From IMG/VR virus record IMGVR_UViG_3300020204_000006: DNA of 64,000 bases; one strand, given 5' to 3'. Positions 1-9,284 of the stretch are shown here, in pieces; positions within the stretch are counted from its first letter, which is position 1; each line of letters begins with the position of its first letter. The notes beneath the pieces are model-generated. The model had not been told where the DNA came from. It saw only the letters and a list, made by a program, of their open reading frames with translations, and did not search any database. The position numbers were made by a program, and so were the translations under genes. Source of the DNA: a virus.

Positions 1-960
1 AGTGGCACCTATGTGATTCCTGATGGCGCTCGTCGTCTTTGGATCACGCTTTGGGGCGCAGGCTCCGGCGGTGGTGGTGGTGCTAGACAGGGTACTGGTG
101 TTGCTGCTTATGGTGGCGGCGGCGGAGGTGGAGGCATGGTAAACATGGCTTATTATTTTGTTGAGTCTTTGGGGTTGGCAGGAGAAAGTTATGCAGCTGG
201 CTCTCCGACCGTGCGTGGTGGAAGTCGTGGAAAAACTTTAACGGTGGTGATAGGGGCAGGCGGTTCGGGTGGAAACGGAGGCGCAAGTGATACTTCAAGC
301 GGATCAGATGGAGGCAGAGGTGGCGATTCTTGGGTGAGCGTTACAGGATTTACTTTTTCAGCAAATGGTATGATTTCTGCTTATGGTGGTGCTAATTATA
401 CTAATCCTTTTGGCAGAGGTGGGTCTACAACTTCTGGTTCTGGAGGCACTCCTGCATCTGCGTCGAATGGCGCGTTGATAAACGGAGTGCCAAGCGCACA
501 GACATTAACAACATATTCTTGGAACGGAACAAATAGCGCAATTACAACTCTAACTGCTCAAACTGTTTATAGTATTGGTAATAATGGAGGTACTGCTGGG
601 GGTGGCATATCAACCGGAAATGCAGGACAAGCCGGTGGAAATATTGCATATGGAACTGCTCAGACAATCACAGTTGTTTCAAACCCTCTCTTGAGCACAG
701 CGGGTGCTGCCATTATAAAAACTGGTGGGGCAGCAAACAGTGCAGCTCCTCCATTTAATCCAATTGGTATTCATGCGGCTTATAGTAATGGATTTGGAGG
801 TGTTGGAGGCGGAGCCGGAACCAGTACAAGTGGAGCAAACGGAGAAAACGGTTGGCGAGGCGGCGGTGGTGGTGGTGGTGGAGCATCAAGAAACGGACAA
901 ACTGCTGGCAATGGTGGTAGTGGTGGAAATGGCTATTGTTTAATAGTTGCATTGAGGTAA
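1..960 (+). CDS. Glycine-rich tail fibre/whisker-like protein, paralogue 1 (5' truncated by window edge)
   Basis: Frame is open from base 1 (SGTYVIPDGARRLWITLWGAGSGGGGG), matching the EFDxSGTxxIP..GAGGxGGGG start of the next two genes; C-terminal GWRGGGGGGGGASRNG motif shared with them. Confidence 0.7.
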   Translation, partial: SGTYVIPDGARRLWITLWGAGSGGGGGARQGTGVAAYGGGGGGGGMVNMAYYFVESLGLAGESYAAGSPTVRGGSRGKTLTVVIGAGGSGGNGGASDTSSGSDGGRGGDSWVSVTGFTFSANGMISAYGGANYTNPFGRGGSTTSGSGGTPASASNGALINGVPSAQTLTTYSWNGTNSAITTLTAQTVYSIGNNGGTAGGGISTGNAGQAGGNIAYGTAQTITVVSNPLLSTAGAAIIKTGGAANSAAPPFNPIGIHAAYSNGFGGVGGGAGTSTSGANGENGWRGGGGGGGGASRNGQTAGNGGSGGNGYCLIVALR

Positions 961-963
961 TTT

Positions 964-1941
964 ATGAATCATGGTTTTTTTAGTTTTCCAAGTTTGCTGA
1001 AAGACGATCCCTCCATCAAACTCCAAGAGTTTGATACAAGTGGAACCTTTGTTATACCGTCTTTTGCCAGAAGGCTATATGTGCTTTTGGTTGGTGCTGG
1101 TGGTTCTGGTGGTGGAGGTCCAAGAGTTACTAGCGGCTCAAGCAGTTGCGGCGGTAGTGGTGGCGCTGGTGGAAGATATTTTATAGATGATTTTTCTTTA
1201 GATATGGTTTTTTGCAAACCTGGTATGACTTTATCTGTTGTTATTGGAGCCGGAGGCTCAGGTGCTGGAACTGGTGCAACTGCGGATGGAACAAATGGTC
1301 TTGGCGGCAGCTCAGGTGGAAATTCCTCAATCACCATAACAGGGAAACGTGGCAACATGTTTGTTGCTTACGGCGGCGCTGCTGGTGCTGGCGGGACAAA
1401 TTCAACCAGTTCAACGGGAGCGGCTGGTGGCACCAGCTGGTGTTTTTCTGGAGTTTCTGGTACTGGTCACGGTGGAGGAAATGGTGCTGACACAAATTTT
1501 CCACAGGGACCAGGAGCCACTCCAAATCCTGCCAGTAGCACAGGATTATGGAATTGGCAATCAAATGGTGGATGTGGCGGCGGCGGTGTCAACACATCCA
1601 ACACTGCATCTAGCGGTGGAGCCATCACAGCTGGATCAGCAGTCTGCAATAATTATGCCACCATATATGGTGGAGGTAATAACGTTATACAGCCCGGTCA
1701 ACCAAACACTGTTGCAGTCAGTTTTGGATCTGGTGATTCTTATGGGTTTACATTGGCCGGTGCCTATACTCCGGGACTTGGAGGAGTTGGCGGCGGTGGC
1801 GGAGCAACGACTGCCGGTGGAAGAGGGAGGCACGGATGGAGAGGTGGCGGCGGTGGCGGTGGTGGCGGCGCAAGAAATGGGTTTAATGGTGGTGACGGCG
1901 GTAATGGTGGTGATGGGTACTGTGTTTTAATTGCTTATTGA
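964..1941 (+). CDS. Glycine-rich tail fibre/whisker-like protein, paralogue 2
   Basis: MNHGFFSFPS...EFDTSGTFVIP...VGAGGSGGGG start; VVIGAGGSG; C-terminal GWRGGGGGGGGGARNG..GGDGYCVLIAY. Confidence 0.75.
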   Translation: MNHGFFSFPSLLKDDPSIKLQEFDTSGTFVIPSFARRLYVLLVGAGGSGGGGPRVTSGSSSCGGSGGAGGRYFIDDFSLDMVFCKPGMTLSVVIGAGGSGAGTGATADGTNGLGGSSGGNSSITITGKRGNMFVAYGGAAGAGGTNSTSSTGAAGGTSWCFSGVSGTGHGGGNGADTNFPQGPGATPNPASSTGLWNWQSNGGCGGGGVNTSNTASSGGAITAGSAVCNNYATIYGGGNNVIQPGQPNTVAVSFGSGDSYGFTLAGAYTPGLGGVGGGGGATTAGGRGRHGWRGGGGGGGGGARNGFNGGDGGNGGDGYCVLIAY

Positions 1942-1950
1942 GGAACATTC

Positions 1951-2871
1951 ATGAACAATGGTTTTTTCAACTTCCCATCTGTAAACGATCCTGCTCTTTC
2001 GGATATTAAAGAGTTTGATGTTAGCGGTACTTACAGAATACCAGCAGGAACTTCATTGATATATGTTTTTGCAGTTGGCGCTGGTGGAGGCGGTGGATCA
2101 GGAAGAAGAAGAGCGACGGGGAGTGTTCAATCCTGCTTTGGTGGAGGGTCGGGCGCAGGCGGATCCGTGGTTCAAATGGTGTATTTAATACAACAAATTC
2201 CAGGAGATTTGTTGTATATTGAAATAGGTGCGGGTGGAAATGGTGGGGCTGGCAGAACAACGGACGGTACGAATGGCGCCGCAGGGACTGTCGGTGGTGG
2301 CACTTCTGTCAATTTAGATTCCTCTGGAAATTATAAACTATTGAGGGCCGTTGGTGGTGGCCCCGGGGGTGGTGGCAGCATCTCATTTGGAGTTGCTGGA
2401 ACAAGTCGTCTGAACGTTCAATACGGATATCATAGCGCCAGCCAGAGTGCAGGTTCTGGCGGAGTAACCACTGGTACTAACACTTTATCGGTGGCTCAGT
2501 ATTTTGCAAAAGGTGGTGCTGGTGGCGCTGGTCTCAGTGGCGCGTCTACTTATGGAACTGGAGGAAACATTGGCATCTCTTCATCTTTGGTTCTGGGAAA
2601 TCCTGACTATTCAATTGGCACTTTGCTTGCTGGAATGGCTGCCGATGCTGGAACTGCTGCTCCAAGCTCGACCGGATATTTTTTGCTCCCATATACTGGT
2701 GGCTTGGGTGGACCCGGCGGCGCTGGAGGAAACACCGTTGCGGCTTCAGCAGGAGGTGCTGGCTGGAGGGGCGGCGGTGGCGGCGGCGGTGGTGCGTCAA
2801 GAGATGGAGTAAATAGTGGAGCTGGAGGTAGAGGCGGAGATGGTTATGTTGCAATATTTTGTTACAAATAA
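1951..2871 (+). CDS. Glycine-rich tail fibre/whisker-like protein, paralogue 3
   Basis: GAGG SD upstream; MNNGFFNFPS...EFDVSGTYRIP; same C-terminal GWRGGGGGGGGASRDG motif. Confidence 0.75.
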   Translation: MNNGFFNFPSVNDPALSDIKEFDVSGTYRIPAGTSLIYVFAVGAGGGGGSGRRRATGSVQSCFGGGSGAGGSVVQMVYLIQQIPGDLLYIEIGAGGNGGAGRTTDGTNGAAGTVGGGTSVNLDSSGNYKLLRAVGGGPGGGGSISFGVAGTSRLNVQYGYHSASQSAGSGGVTTGTNTLSVAQYFAKGGAGGAGLSGASTYGTGGNIGISSSLVLGNPDYSIGTLLAGMAADAGTAAPSSTGYFLLPYTGGLGGPGGAGGNTVAASAGGAGWRGGGGGGGGASRDGVNSGAGGRGGDGYVAIFCYK

Positions 2872-2889
2872 ATAAAAAGGAGGAAAATT

Positions 2890-3072
2890 ATGAGTACAAG
2901 ATGGGCACTGATAAACGCAGACAATTTGGTAGAAAACATTGTGGTATGGGATGGTCAAGGAGAAATATTTGCTGGTAGAACAGTAGTCCAATTAAGTGAT
3001 GGAGAATGGTGTAATATAGGGGCAAGTTATGACGCCAACGGCAATCCTAAGTTTATTGAATTGCAAGAATAA
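2890..3072 (+). CDS. Small protein typical of those following Gly-rich fibre genes (putative fibre chaperone/tip)
   Basis: AGGAGG SD; WALINADNLVENIVVWDG...CNIGASYD pattern; position immediately after the fibre genes. Confidence 0.6.
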   Translation: MSTRWALINADNLVENIVVWDGQGEIFAGRTVVQLSDGEWCNIGASYDANGNPKFIELQE

Positions 3073-3626
3073 TGAAAAGAATAAAAATAGACATACCTGA
3101 GCAAGAAACTGAAAATTGGTATATAAAGAAAGTTTCTGGTGATTCATCAACAATATATTCAATGGCTATAGGTAGACCATGTCTAGGTAAAGAAGAACCT
3201 AATGATGAGTATACTTTTCTTTGTCAAAAAAATCCAAACTCAATAGTTATGGCAGATACTTATCATGAATATTCTGAGCATAATCATTTATGGATAAATG
3301 CCTCAGGGCATGTTTTAATTGGAGGTCTTGGTCTTGGTCTTGTTAATAAATTTTTGTTAGATTCCGATTTAGTTGATCATGTTACAATTATTGAAAAAAA
3401 TCAAGAAGTAATAGACATGGTTTGGCCTCATTGCCCTAAGAGTAGTAAATTTACTTTAATTAAAGCAGACATAGAAAAATATGATCCAGATACTTGTTGG
3501 GACTATGCGTGGTTTGACACTTATATATATGGAAATTCTCTTACTCATACTGAGTATAAAAACATGATAAAAAATATATATTGTGAATTTTGCGAATCAA
3601 TAAATTTTTGGGAAAGTATGCCTTGA
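3072..3626 (+). CDS. Spermidine-synthase-like class I SAM-dependent methyltransferase fold protein
   Basis: VLIGGLGLG (motif I), VTIIEKNQEVI, LIKADI, WFDTY. Confidence 0.7.
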   Translation: MKRIKIDIPEQETENWYIKKVSGDSSTIYSMAIGRPCLGKEEPNDEYTFLCQKNPNSIVMADTYHEYSEHNHLWINASGHVLIGGLGLGLVNKFLLDSDLVDHVTIIEKNQEVIDMVWPHCPKSSKFTLIKADIEKYDPDTCWDYAWFDTYIYGNSLTHTEYKNMIKNIYCEFCESINFWESMP

Positions 3627-4150
3627 AAAAACTTTCTATTTACTCAAATCCATCTAGAGATGGATATCCTAATACTACAAGAAGATTTGAACTTATAAAA
3701 AAAATAGAAAACTTTAATACAATATTTGATTTTGGTTCTGGTCCATGTTCTTTGCTAAAATGGATTGTAGATAATAAAATAGATTGTTCTTATGAGGCTT
3801 ATGATTTGAGGATAGATTCTCTTGAAAATTATTGTGATTGTGTGATACATTATGATATCCCACTAGACAAAAAATATGATCTTGTTTGTATTCTTGGTGT
3901 CAGCGGATTAAATACAGAGTCTGACGTAGAAACAAGCAAAAAAGTATTTTTAAAAACTTTTAAAAAAGCTTGTAGTCTTTCATCGAAATATGTTTTGTTT
4001 AACGTGTCTTTTCAAGATAAATATCCTAATTATATAGTTAATTATACTAAAGATGAAATTTTATCAATTTTAAGTGACAATAACTTAAAAGTAATTTTTC
4101 ACGACATAGATGAGTCTTTTAAGGAAAATATATACATGTGTGTTCTTTGA
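3590..4150 (+). CDS. Class I SAM-dependent methyltransferase (real start probably TTG at 3623)
   Basis: IFDFGSGPCSLL motif I, YEAYDL, KYDLVCILGV; TTG at 3623 overlaps the upstream TGA stop. Confidence 0.7.
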   Translation: MRINKFLGKYALKKLSIYSNPSRDGYPNTTRRFELIKKIENFNTIFDFGSGPCSLLKWIVDNKIDCSYEAYDLRIDSLENYCDCVIHYDIPLDKKYDLVCILGVSGLNTESDVETSKKVFLKTFKKACSLSSKYVLFNVSFQDKYPNYIVNYTKDEILSILSDNNLKVIFHDIDESFKENIYMCVL

Positions 4151-4172
4151 TTTTTTTTAACGATATATTAGT

Positions 4173-4853
4173 ATGAGAAAAAAATCAGCTACAAAAAAAA
4201 TTAGAAAAATACTTATAGCAACGCCATCATATGATGGTAGACTTGATGCAAGATACTGTAATAGTATTCTCTATACCGAAAGATTGTGTGCAAAGAATAA
4301 TATAGAAATATCTCCAGTCTATTTGTGTTTTGATGCGATAATTTCCAAAACAAGAAATGACTTATTTTGCTATGGGTATGAAAATAATTTTGATGACATA
4401 TTTTATATAGATGCCGATATTTCATGGACTCCGGAACAATTTCTAAAAATAGTTAACCATCCTTTTGATTTTGTTGGTGGTATTTATCAAAAAAAGCAAG
4501 ATAATATTGATTATCCAGTTAATATTATTCCTGAACAAAAAGTTGATGAAAACGGGATTATGGAAGTTTCAACTATTCCAACTGGTTTTCTTAAATTGAG
4601 CAGAAATGCTATTGAAATGCTTTGGGAAAAATCTTTACCGTATACTATATCTAAAGACTCAAAAATAACAAAATTGGTTTTTGAAACTGGTATTATAGGT
4701 GGTAGGTTTATGAGTGAAGATATTGTATTATGTCTTAAGTGGAGGGAATTAAAACAAAAAATATACCTTGACACTACTGTAACTGTTGCGCACAGTGGGC
4801 ATAAAACTTGGCAAGGTGATTTTTCTTCTCATTTAAGAGATATTATTAAATAA
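4173..4853 (+). CDS. GT-A fold (GT2-like) glycosyltransferase
   Basis: ILIATPSYDG start, RNDL, YIDADISW (DxD), TGFLKL, SEDIVLC, final AHSG. Confidence 0.75.
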   Translation: MRKKSATKKIRKILIATPSYDGRLDARYCNSILYTERLCAKNNIEISPVYLCFDAIISKTRNDLFCYGYENNFDDIFYIDADISWTPEQFLKIVNHPFDFVGGIYQKKQDNIDYPVNIIPEQKVDENGIMEVSTIPTGFLKLSRNAIEMLWEKSLPYTISKDSKITKLVFETGIIGGRFMSEDIVLCLKWRELKQKIYLDTTVTVAHSGHKTWQGDFSSHLRDIIK

Positions 4854-4855
4854 TA

Positions 4856-6193
4856 ATGGTTTATAATGCACAAAAAACTTTTGATAACGGATTTGTTGTA
4901 GGTTATAATTTTAGTGGAGCTGAGTCTGCTGCCTCTGGTGTTCGCGCTGGTTCTTTTGGCTTAGACAATCAGTCTTTTACTTGGGCCACTTTTGTAACAG
5001 GATCTAATCCAACCATGCAGGAATATTGGTCTATCAAAAGATGGTATCAGTGGGGCTGTAGAAAGTTTTGGTTGCATTCTCCTTTTGGTAGGCCAAATTC
5101 TTCTTCTCCCTTAGAACCAGGACAATATCAGCCCGATCAATATCTAAACGCACTAAATGGACTAACTTATGGAGGATTAGTTTCCAATAATCCATGCCCA
5201 TGGATGACTAAAGATTTCATACAGGTTTGGAGGGCATTGTCAACTGGTAAAAAAGGAAATCTATCTGATTCTATATGGAATTCTTGGACCAACCCATCTA
5301 CTGGTTGGTTTGACCCATCAGACCCAATAAGCGTTACTGGTTATGTCGGTTCCATATGGGGCCCTATGGGTTCAAGATTTTCTTCCTATTTTGAAAAGAA
5401 CCAATATGAAGCTATCGATAGATTAAAAGATTCTTATATGCCATTGATTAAATCTGGTATGAAAATTGGAATAGATGCTTTAGAAGCTATGCCTGGTCCA
5501 ATTCCTGGTATTCATGTCCCGCTTTCAACTCTTGGAAAAAAGTCACAAATAATGTGGTGGCATTTTTTTTCGTGGCTTTGTGACCAAGTTGGCAAGAAAA
5601 ATATTTATGTTGAGGCTTATCCAAGAAAGAAACTGTACAATGGGGTATATTATAATAACCCTTATATCGGTTGCAGTGTTGCTACGGACGATGCATTGTA
5701 TTCTCAGGATTATGGATTATACAATCATTCTGATTCTGAGCTTGGTAAGGTTTATGTTCTTAAATCTTTTTGGAACAGTCCTCCCGTAACCAGAAAGCAG
5801 GACGGTTCTGCCGCAAAACACAATTTTTTATTAGCTTATGAAAATGCTCAGTGGCCCAATGATGGAGATGGTTTTTTGGATGGATACTGGTATGTTCAGC
5901 AGGTTCCTGCGAACGGATATGGTGCAGTTTGCAACTATGCTTCGTATGCATATATACTTAATGAGGACTTTCAGTCATGGGATCCAGCACCAGAAAGAGA
6001 TATATCTGTTCCTCAAGTTTTAGTTAGTCATGCAGATTTACAGGACTATAGTGTCGCTTCTGGTTTTAATACCGCTCTAAATAATGAATTGTTTTTGAAT
6101 AAGTTTCCTACAAGTGCTAGATTTGTAGATTATTTACAATACACATACGATGAAAAAAACTATGATCCAACAGTTTCTTCTGGTGATTTTTAA
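4856..6193 (+). CDS. Hypothetical protein, 445 aa, aromatic-rich
   Basis: Long ORF tightly packed between neighbours; no motif recognised. Confidence 0.75.
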   Translation: MVYNAQKTFDNGFVVGYNFSGAESAASGVRAGSFGLDNQSFTWATFVTGSNPTMQEYWSIKRWYQWGCRKFWLHSPFGRPNSSSPLEPGQYQPDQYLNALNGLTYGGLVSNNPCPWMTKDFIQVWRALSTGKKGNLSDSIWNSWTNPSTGWFDPSDPISVTGYVGSIWGPMGSRFSSYFEKNQYEAIDRLKDSYMPLIKSGMKIGIDALEAMPGPIPGIHVPLSTLGKKSQIMWWHFFSWLCDQVGKKNIYVEAYPRKKLYNGVYYNNPYIGCSVATDDALYSQDYGLYNHSDSELGKVYVLKSFWNSPPVTRKQDGSAAKHNFLLAYENAQWPNDGDGFLDGYWYVQQVPANGYGAVCNYASYAYILNEDFQSWDPAPERDISVPQVLVSHADLQDYSVASGFNTALNNELFLNKFPTSARFVDYLQYTYDEKNYDPTVSSGDF

Positions 6194-6202
6194 ATTTGAT
6201 TG

Positions 6203-6231
6203 AAGGTAAATTTAGTATTTCTTAATTAATA
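6203..6231 (+). promoter_or_regulatory. Candidate phage promoter AAGG-N19-TTAATA upstream of the terminase operon
   Basis: Intergenic TGAAGGTAAA...TTAATAAAT; the same two boxes recur at 13218-13253 and (AAGG/TTAATA) on the minus strand at 28030-28060. Confidence 0.3.
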
Positions 6232-6239
6232 AATTATAG

Positions 6240-6581
6240 ATGGAGAAGTATATTCTTATTTTCCAAGAAAAATCTAGGGTAAAATTTTCTTCTATAAAAA
6301 AATTCGTAAAAGATAAATACGGTTTATCTATTGATACTGTTTATTTGAAAGAATTGAAGAAAATAAGGCCTTTGGAGTTTATATGCATATCTTCTTTGGA
6401 AGAAAGATATGCAAGATACTTTATGTCATCTTTTGATGACAGTCAGTTTTTGTACTGGAAGGTTAATTACTCAGGAAAATTGATTGAAACTAGTAGCGCG
6501 GAAACTTCTTATTTAATAGGTGGATCAATATGTCTTACCGATATAATGAAATTAATGAAAATGGAATATAAAAATGGCTAA
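6240..6581 (+). CDS. Hypothetical protein directly upstream of and overlapping terL (small terminase not demonstrable)
   Basis: 113-aa ORF overlapping the terL start; position only. Confidence 0.65.
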   Translation: MEKYILIFQEKSRVKFSSIKKFVKDKYGLSIDTVYLKELKKIRPLEFICISSLEERYARYFMSSFDDSQFLYWKVNYSGKLIETSSAETSYLIGGSICLTDIMKLMKMEYKNG

Positions 6582-8457
6582 GGCTGGAAGAAGATCAGAA
6601 CTAACTAACGTTTTTGACGACTTAAAAAAGTCTATTAGCGATTCTTCAGTGGAATCATTTTCTTCTGCTTCTGGTATACCAAGTATTATTGACTTTATAG
6701 AAAACAAAGATTGGCTTGGTCTGCCTCACAGAGAAAATCCAATTAATCTTTATCCTATGCAAAAAATAGTTCTTAAAAGTTTTTATAAAAACTCTATAGG
6801 GAACGAGAATCTTGTATTATCTGATGATGAAATAGATATATGTAAAAAACACGGACTTGATGATGATGAAAATGGAAATCTTCTTAGTAAGATGGAGTCA
6901 AATGAGACTTTCAGAGAATTAATTCTTGTTTGGGGTAGGCGCAGTGGGAAAGATTTTGTAATTAGTATTCTTGCTTGCTATGAGGCTGCAAAATTACTTG
7001 AAGCTCCTGGTGGAGATCCTTATAGACTTTATAAATTAGGAACTGGTGCACCATTTACAATTATAACTATAGCAAACAGTTCAGATCAGGCAAAAATTCT
7101 TTTTGATGAAATAAAAGATAAAATTATAAACTCTCCTTATTTTAAGGATAAGTTTTATCCAGAAGCTATTCTTGCAGACCAGATAAGGCTTTTGACTCCC
7201 GCAGACAAAAAGAAAAATGAAGAGCTCGAGGCAAAAGGTCTCCCTAAAAGTCTTGGATCTGTAATTATAAAGTGCGGTCACTCAAATTCTGATTCACTTG
7301 CAGGTATATCTTGTTACACTCTTCTTTTTGATGAGATTGGCTTATATAAACAAACTGCTGGCTCTTCTGGCGGAGAAAGTTTATATAGAACTCTTACTCC
7401 TGCAACAACTACATACATAAGAGAAGTTGAATCAGTTGATAGAAATGGTAATAAATTATTAAAAACAGTTTATGATGGCAAGGTGATATGCATATCTTCA
7501 CCAAGAGGTAAGGATGGTGTTTTTTACGAGTTATTCAGGACGACTCCTCAAGTTAAAGACAGATTGGCTTGTAAATTGCCAACGTGGGCAGTTAATCCAA
7601 AGCAAAAAAGAGATCAATTAAGATCTATGTTCTCTCAAATGACTGAAGAAGAATTTAATATGGAATTTGGCGCTGAGTTTTCTGGGGTTTCAGGTCATAC
7701 ATTCTTTAATAGAGATGTTGTTGAAAAATGTTTTTATCTTAACATGAAGATGAAGGATTATGGAGAACCCGGATTTAGATATTTTTGCCATTTAGATCCT
7801 GCTACTTCTTCTCATAATTATGCACTTTCTGTTGTTCACAAAGAAAACTTTATTAATGAAACAAACGGTAAGGTTGACTGGAGAATAATTGTTGATCATG
7901 TTCACTATTGGACTCCAAGTCAAGACAAACCAATAGTCACAGAAGAGATAGATAGTTATATAATATCTTTAAACAGAAAATTCTTTTTAAGTTTAGTGAC
8001 TTTTGACCAATGGAATTCTGCATCTAGTATAAAAAATTTACAAAAACATGGGATTCCAAGCAAACTTACAAGATTTACAAAAAGATATAAAATAATATTA
8101 TATGATAATTTTTATGATCTTGCATGTAGTGGTAGGCTTGCCATCCCTCATCATGAATTATTAAAAAACGAGATGTTGTTTTTGCAGAGAAAATATATGC
8201 CTAATGGATATAGAGTGTACGCAAAAAAAGATGGCTTTGTAAGAACTGATGACCTTTGTGACTCTTTGGCTGGGGCTTGTTATACTGCGGTGTACCACGA
8301 AGCTGAAAAGCTTCCATCTGGCAGATTAGCAAAGATGGCAATTATTCCTGGACAAAATGAGGTTATTTGGAGAGGAATGCAGGGACAGGTGATGGGAGTT
8401 GGCAACGGATCTTCAATAGTAAATAATATTGAAAAGAGGACACCATTTAAATTTTGA
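6574..8457 (+). CDS. terL: Terminase large subunit
   Basis: Walker A VWGRRSGKD, Walker B LLFDEIG, motif III ISSP, RNase H-like nuclease HLDPA, TFDQWNS, DDLCDSLAG. Confidence 0.93.
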   Translation: MAKAGRRSELTNVFDDLKKSISDSSVESFSSASGIPSIIDFIENKDWLGLPHRENPINLYPMQKIVLKSFYKNSIGNENLVLSDDEIDICKKHGLDDDENGNLLSKMESNETFRELILVWGRRSGKDFVISILACYEAAKLLEAPGGDPYRLYKLGTGAPFTIITIANSSDQAKILFDEIKDKIINSPYFKDKFYPEAILADQIRLLTPADKKKNEELEAKGLPKSLGSVIIKCGHSNSDSLAGISCYTLLFDEIGLYKQTAGSSGGESLYRTLTPATTTYIREVESVDRNGNKLLKTVYDGKVICISSPRGKDGVFYELFRTTPQVKDRLACKLPTWAVNPKQKRDQLRSMFSQMTEEEFNMEFGAEFSGVSGHTFFNRDVVEKCFYLNMKMKDYGEPGFRYFCHLDPATSSHNYALSVVHKENFINETNGKVDWRIIVDHVHYWTPSQDKPIVTEEIDSYIISLNRKFFLSLVTFDQWNSASSIKNLQKHGIPSKLTRFTKRYKIILYDNFYDLACSGRLAIPHHELLKNEMLFLQRKYMPNGYRVYAKKDGFVRTDDLCDSLAGACYTAVYHEAEKLPSGRLAKMAIIPGQNEVIWRGMQGQVMGVGNGSSIVNNIEKRTPFKF

Positions 8458-8487
8458 TAATAATATATAGATAAAAGAGAGGTAACA

Positions 8488-9273
8488 ATGTTTAATATTT
8501 TTTCATTTTTCAAAAAAGCAAGCAAAGAAAGCAAGGTTCCATCTAATTTTGAGACTATAGAATCTAATCTCAGAAAAGATGTTGACAAGGATGCCGCTCC
8601 TGATTACCACGTAACCTTAAATAAGAATCTATCAGAATCTAGGGGTAAAGATGCTGAGGATCTTAACATAATGGAAAAGGTCATGTCAAAAACAAGAAAA
8701 GACAGTAATCAAATGGTAATTGAAGGTCAAATTGAAGATTCTATTAAGAGAAATGCTGGAGAGGATCTTCAGGTTCCTTTAGTTAACGTTATGTCATTGG
8801 AAAATGACAGAAGAAACAATGAACTTTTCTCAAATGCAATGAAAGGCATGAAAAAAGATGAAAGTCTGTTTAAAAAATACGTTAATAAACAATTGAGCAG
8901 AGAGCCTCACATGGTTCAGACCAATATTAGATCTGATAGATCTGAACTTCCTAATAATACTGAAAGAATAAAAGATAAGGGTTTCATTCCAACTGATTAT
9001 TCTGACTTTCAACAAAACAACAATGATATTTCCTCAAGGAAGTCAATTGAGCTTGAAAAGATAGCAAGTAGTTTGGAAAAAGTTTGCAAATTAGATGAAA
9101 TAATTCTTACTGAAATGGTAAATGCAAAAACAAGCGGAAAGTCTATAGATGACGATTTGATTAGACACGCAGAATTAAAAAAGAAAGAAATTCTCAGTAA
9201 AATAATTGTATCTAGTGAAGATCATCAAGATGATCACGATATAAACTTAGACGTTATTATGGGTAAGTTTTAA
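8488..9273 (+). CDS. Hypothetical protein (putative internal head protein)
   Basis: GAGGT SD; charged; KKAS and KIASS motifs. Confidence 0.7.
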   Translation: MFNIFSFFKKASKESKVPSNFETIESNLRKDVDKDAAPDYHVTLNKNLSESRGKDAEDLNIMEKVMSKTRKDSNQMVIEGQIEDSIKRNAGEDLQVPLVNVMSLENDRRNNELFSNAMKGMKKDESLFKKYVNKQLSREPHMVQTNIRSDRSELPNNTERIKDKGFIPTDYSDFQQNNNDISSRKSIELEKIASSLEKVCKLDEIILTEMVNAKTSGKSIDDDLIRHAELKKKEILSKIIVSSEDHQDDHDINLDVIMGKF

Positions 9274-9284
9274 AATTCACCATA

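Noticed and set aside
83-2854. Many short alternative-frame and antisense ORFs (His/Pro/Val-rich) over the Gly-rich genes
   Set aside because: Shadows of GGN codon runs, which lack stops in other frames; no SD; fully inside better genes
6240-6581. Small terminase call
   Set aside because: Position fits, but no recognisable HTH/oligomerisation motif; left as hypothetical
6574-8457. Intein or intron in terminase, portal or protease genes
   Set aside because: No C-terminal HN-[C/S/T] splice junction or LAGLIDADG blocks seen; terminase motifs are normally spaced; the portal nuclease domain is terminal, not internal
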